A stretch of DNA of 6,558 nt, from assembly GCF_000406145.1 (NCBI RefSeq), contig NZ_CM001976.1, positions 990,605 through 997,162 of the forward strand, written 5' to 3'. Under the pieces are notes generated by a model, which saw only the letters and a list, made by a program, of their open reading frames with translations, searched no databases and was not told the origin of the DNA. The stretch is from Dickeya dadantii NCPPB 898 (GTDB taxonomy: Bacteria > Pseudomonadota > Gammaproteobacteria > Enterobacterales > Enterobacteriaceae). Shown piece by piece: positions 4,613-6,558 of this stretch. How positions within the stretch are numbered: the stretch's first letter is position 1; every line of letters starts with the position of its first letter. A program made the position numbers and the translations under genes.

Positions 4613-5092
4613 TTAAATAACTACATATCTTTCTTTTGCAAAACCGACAGGCCAATGACCTGAGTAATAAATCTCAGTAATCCTTTCCCATCTGTTACCA
4701 AGGGAAAAATATCTCTCTGTAATAAGTTGCCTAAACGCAAAACAAATTGCATTTCTCGCTGCAACACTAAAATCATGAGGAGAAGAGATAAAATCAGCTT
4801 TATTAAGCTCTCTTGTTGCAGAAATCACATATTTATTTATCTCTTTACGTAATTCAATGAGATCTTTTGGATTGGCTTGTTTCTTATAAAATGGATCATC
4901 TTGAGTGGGTGAAGTCGGAAGCCATTCGGTTTTTTTATAGAACCCTTTAAAATCAGTATCTGATGGCTCAATGAATACTTTTCTTACATTTTCAATGAGT
5001 ATCACATCTCCTTCATGGAGGTTGTTAACCCCCATGAGAGAGAAAAAGCTAGCAGCTTCTATTTTTTTTATCTCTTCAGTTATATCAACCAT
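4613..5092 (-). CDS. Hypothetical protein, candidate cognate immunity protein for the Rhs C-terminal toxin, 159 aa
   Basis: ATG (5090-5092) overlaps the Rhs TGA (5085-5087) in the string ATGGTTGA. AAGG lies about 9 nt upstream. The region is very AT-rich (about 27% GC in 4801-4860). No signal peptide or TM segment is present. Its position immediately 3' of a polymorphic-toxin domain is the canonical immunity position. I recognise no family. Confidence 0.75.
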   Translation of the reverse strand: MVDITEEIKKIEAASFFSLMGVNNLHEGDVILIENVRKVFIEPSDTDFKGFYKKTEWLPTSPTQDDPFYKKQANPKDLIELRKEINKYVISATRELNKADFISSPHDFSVAARNAICFAFRQLITERYFSLGNRWERITEIYYSGHWPVGFAKERYVVI

Positions 5093-6558
5093 ATGGCAGC
5101 CTTAAATCGGTTATCGTTCCAGGGGGTAAAGCTTTGCGTCCTTGTTGAATCGTTGTGCGAAGCGTTCCTCCGGCAGCATGAGGGCCGGGTATTCCGGGAA
5201 GTGAATGGTTCGGCAATGTTCCATTTGTTGGCATTAAATTCCACCATTTATTTGCACCACCACTCTCCAGCGGAATTATATGATGTGGTGTAGCTCCTTT
5301 CGGCCACGTCATCCCCATATTGGCCTCCCATTGTTTCATTAGGTAATCTTGAGTTTTCACAAACTCTTTTCTAGCTATTTGGTTTTGGAAAGCGCTACGC
5401 CTCTGGATTACTGGAAGATTGTTTCGCAGTATTTGTGCTTGTTTTGATGTAATACTTCCACCCGGTGAAGCAACTTTATTTGCATCTTTTATTATATCGT
5501 CAAGTACAGAGCACCCCGCCAACCCCAGCGGATCGATCCAAGTTGAAGGATTCGGCGCGTAAGCGTAGTTATTTTCCCCGCCCAGCACCCCTATCGGGTC
5601 TGGCGAGACATAACACCCACCGGCCGGGTCGTAGTACCGGAAGCGGTTATAGCACAGCCCGCTTTCGCTGTCACGGAGCTGCCCGGCGAAGGCCAGACCG
5701 GGGTCCGGACTTTCCGATTTTTCTGCCTGCCGCTGGCCCCACAGCGTGGCCTTCGGCGCCTGCCAGCGCAGGGTGCCGTCCTGCGCGAACAGCGCCTGCG
5801 GCGTACCGTTCTGGCTGCTGGTCACAAAATCCGTTTCCCAGTCGCCGCCGGTATGCTGGCGCTGCTGCACTACCAGCTCCCAGCCGTTGTAGACCCAGTG
5901 GCGACGCTGTATCAGTTGGCCGTGGCGGTAGTGGCGGATTTCCGCTATCTGGTCGCCGTCCCACTGATAGCGGGTCTCTTCGGCTTTCTGGTCACAGCGT
6001 TTGCCCACCCGGCGGCCGAACGGGTCGTAACGGTACAGCCAGCGCTCGCCGGTCGGGGTATCCACCACCCGTAGCTGGTTGCGGCTGTCCCAGCGGTACT
6101 GCCACACCTGCGGACGGTAGCCCGGCTGCACCACCTGTTTACGGATAAGCCGTCCGGCCCTGTCGTACTGGTAATGGGTGTCATCGTGCTGAACCAGTCG
6201 GCCAGACTGCCACTCGGTGAGGCGGCCTGCCTCCTGCGGCAGGCCGCTGCGGGTGTAGTGAAAGCGGGCGGTGGTGTCCACCGGTTTGCCCGCACCACCG
6301 CTTAACACCTCCTGCACCCGGCCGGTGGCATCCAGACGATAACCTTCGGCATCGCGGTTGTGACGCACCCCGGTCAGGTTACCGGCACCGTCGTAGCGGT
6401 ATTCCCGCGTCTGCGCTGCCAGCAGGTGGCCGTCCTGCTGTGCGCCGCTCATCTCCCGCGTCAGCCAGCCCATCACGTCGTATTCCCGCTGCTGGACAAA
6501 GCCGCTGCCGCCGCGGCGATGTGACTCGCGGCCCGCCGCGTCCTGGGTCAGGGTCAGG
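5085..6558 (-). CDS. Rhs-family YD-repeat protein, C-terminal part (5' end lies beyond the window) with a variable C-terminal toxin domain
   Basis: Repeated YD motifs are present ([34 protein letters not shown]), plus the core terminus [19 protein letters not shown]...[11 protein letters not shown]. The M at 6476 in the ORF track is really an internal GTG. Read by hand, the frame stays open to 6557 (..[32 protein letters not shown]..). Confidence 0.92.
   Translation of the reverse strand, partial: LTLTQDAAGRESHRRGGSGFVQQREYDVMGWLTREMSGAQQDGHLLAAQTREYRYDGAGNLTGVRHNRDAEGYRLDATGRVQEVLSGGAGKPVDTTARFHYTRSGLPQEAGRLTEWQSGRLVQHDDTHYQYDRAGRLIRKQVVQPGYRPQVWQYRWDSRNQLRVVDTPTGERWLYRYDPFGRRVGKRCDQKAEETRYQWDGDQIAEIRHYRHGQLIQRRHWVYNGWELVVQQRQHTGGDWETDFVTSSQNGTPQALFAQDGTLRWQAPKATLWGQRQAEKSESPDPGLAFAGQLRDSESGLCYNRFRYYDPAGGCYVSPDPIGVLGGENNYAYAPNPSTWIDPLGLAGCSVLDDIIKDANKVASPGGSITSKQAQILRNNLPVIQRRSAFQNQIARKEFVKTQDYLMKQWEANMGMTWPKGATPHHIIPLESGGANKWWNLMPTNGTLPNHSLPGIPGPHAAGGTLRTTIQQGRKALPPGTITDLRLPYG
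5088..5519 (-). other. Rhs-CT: 144-aa variable toxin domain with an HNH / beta-beta-alpha-Me (colicin-DNase-like) signature
   Basis: The domain begins right after DPLGL (codons 5520-5534). The motif is [38 protein letters not shown] (5178-5291). It compares with colicin E9 [30 protein letters not shown]. GC drops from about 65% (5641-5700) to about 40-47% (5301-5420). Confidence 0.6.

Noticed and set aside
4377-4655. A 92-aa minus-strand ORF spanning the hairpin and the 3' end of the immunity gene
   Set aside because: It reads straight through the terminator-like hairpin, is antisense to the GC-rich remnant, and gives a Cys/Pro/Ser-rich translation with no family resemblance.
5015-5293. A 92-aa plus-strand ORF across the toxin/immunity junction
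   Set aside because: It is antisense to two well-supported coupled genes and has no motif or SD.
5465-6298. Plus- and minus-strand alternative ORFs inside the Rhs core (5465..6148 +, 5671..5964 -, 5853..6074 +, 5945..6298 -)
   Set aside because: These are Arg/Pro/Ala/Gly-rich translations, typical of stop-poor off-frames in about 65% GC DNA. They are fully nested in a strongly supported Rhs frame.
6474-6476. The start codon of the Rhs ORF as given in the ORF track (M at 6476)
   Set aside because: The codon is an internal GTG (cac on the plus strand). Read by hand, the frame stays open through 6557 with typical Rhs core sequence, so the gene is 5'-truncated by the window and does not start here.
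1-6558. A scan by eye for CRISPR arrays, tRNA/rRNA genes and intact IS elements or transposases
   Set aside because: I saw no regularly spaced direct repeats, no cloverleaf-compatible GTTCGAATC-type T-arm with a CCA context, no rRNA-like segments and no transposase-like translation. The only mobile-element trace is the integrase fragment.

Overview
The window joins ordinary enterobacterial-type genes to a mosaic, apparently horizontally acquired block that ends in an Rhs polymorphic-toxin locus. No tools were run. All family assignments come from reading the translations and from my memory of E. coli homologues. GC figures are hand counts of single 60-nt lines. Left part (1-2271, visibly GC-richer): an Fsr-like MFS transporter (minus, 136-1368) sits divergent to a cupin+AraC regulator (plus, 1504-2271). 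Middle part (2272-4612): composition drops, to about 27-30% GC around 3121-3300. This stretch is almost entirely DNA-binding genes and gene wrecks. It holds a tyrosine-integrase N-terminal fragment with an in-frame TGA (2437-2655), an H-NS paralogue (2699-3100, minus) and a possible 71-aa single-TM ORF (3140-3355, minus). It also holds two tandem diverged XRE-HTH modules: 3402-3620 is intact and 3713-3944 is broken by a 1-nt insertion. Both modules keep a conserved leader with an inverted repeat. A divergent Ner/Nlp-like gene (4051-4296, plus), a GC-rich coding-like remnant (4360-4569) and a strong hairpin (4571-4610) complete the block. Right part (4613-6558, minus strand): the 3' portion of an Rhs gene, open to the window edge, has a GC-rich YD-repeat core that ends at ...[12 protein letters not shown] 144-aa AT-richer C-terminal domain follows, carrying an HH..P...GG.....N..P...H (HNH / colicin-DNase-like) signature. 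A 159-aa very AT-rich ORF overlaps the Rhs stop by 8 nt (ATGGTTGA) and is the candidate immunity gene. No tRNA, rRNA, CRISPR array or intact mobile element was seen. The best candidates for something new are the Rhs-CT/immunity pair (the immunity family is not recognisable to me) and the regulator-only cassette (H-NS, two XRE copies, Ner-like) lying beside it.
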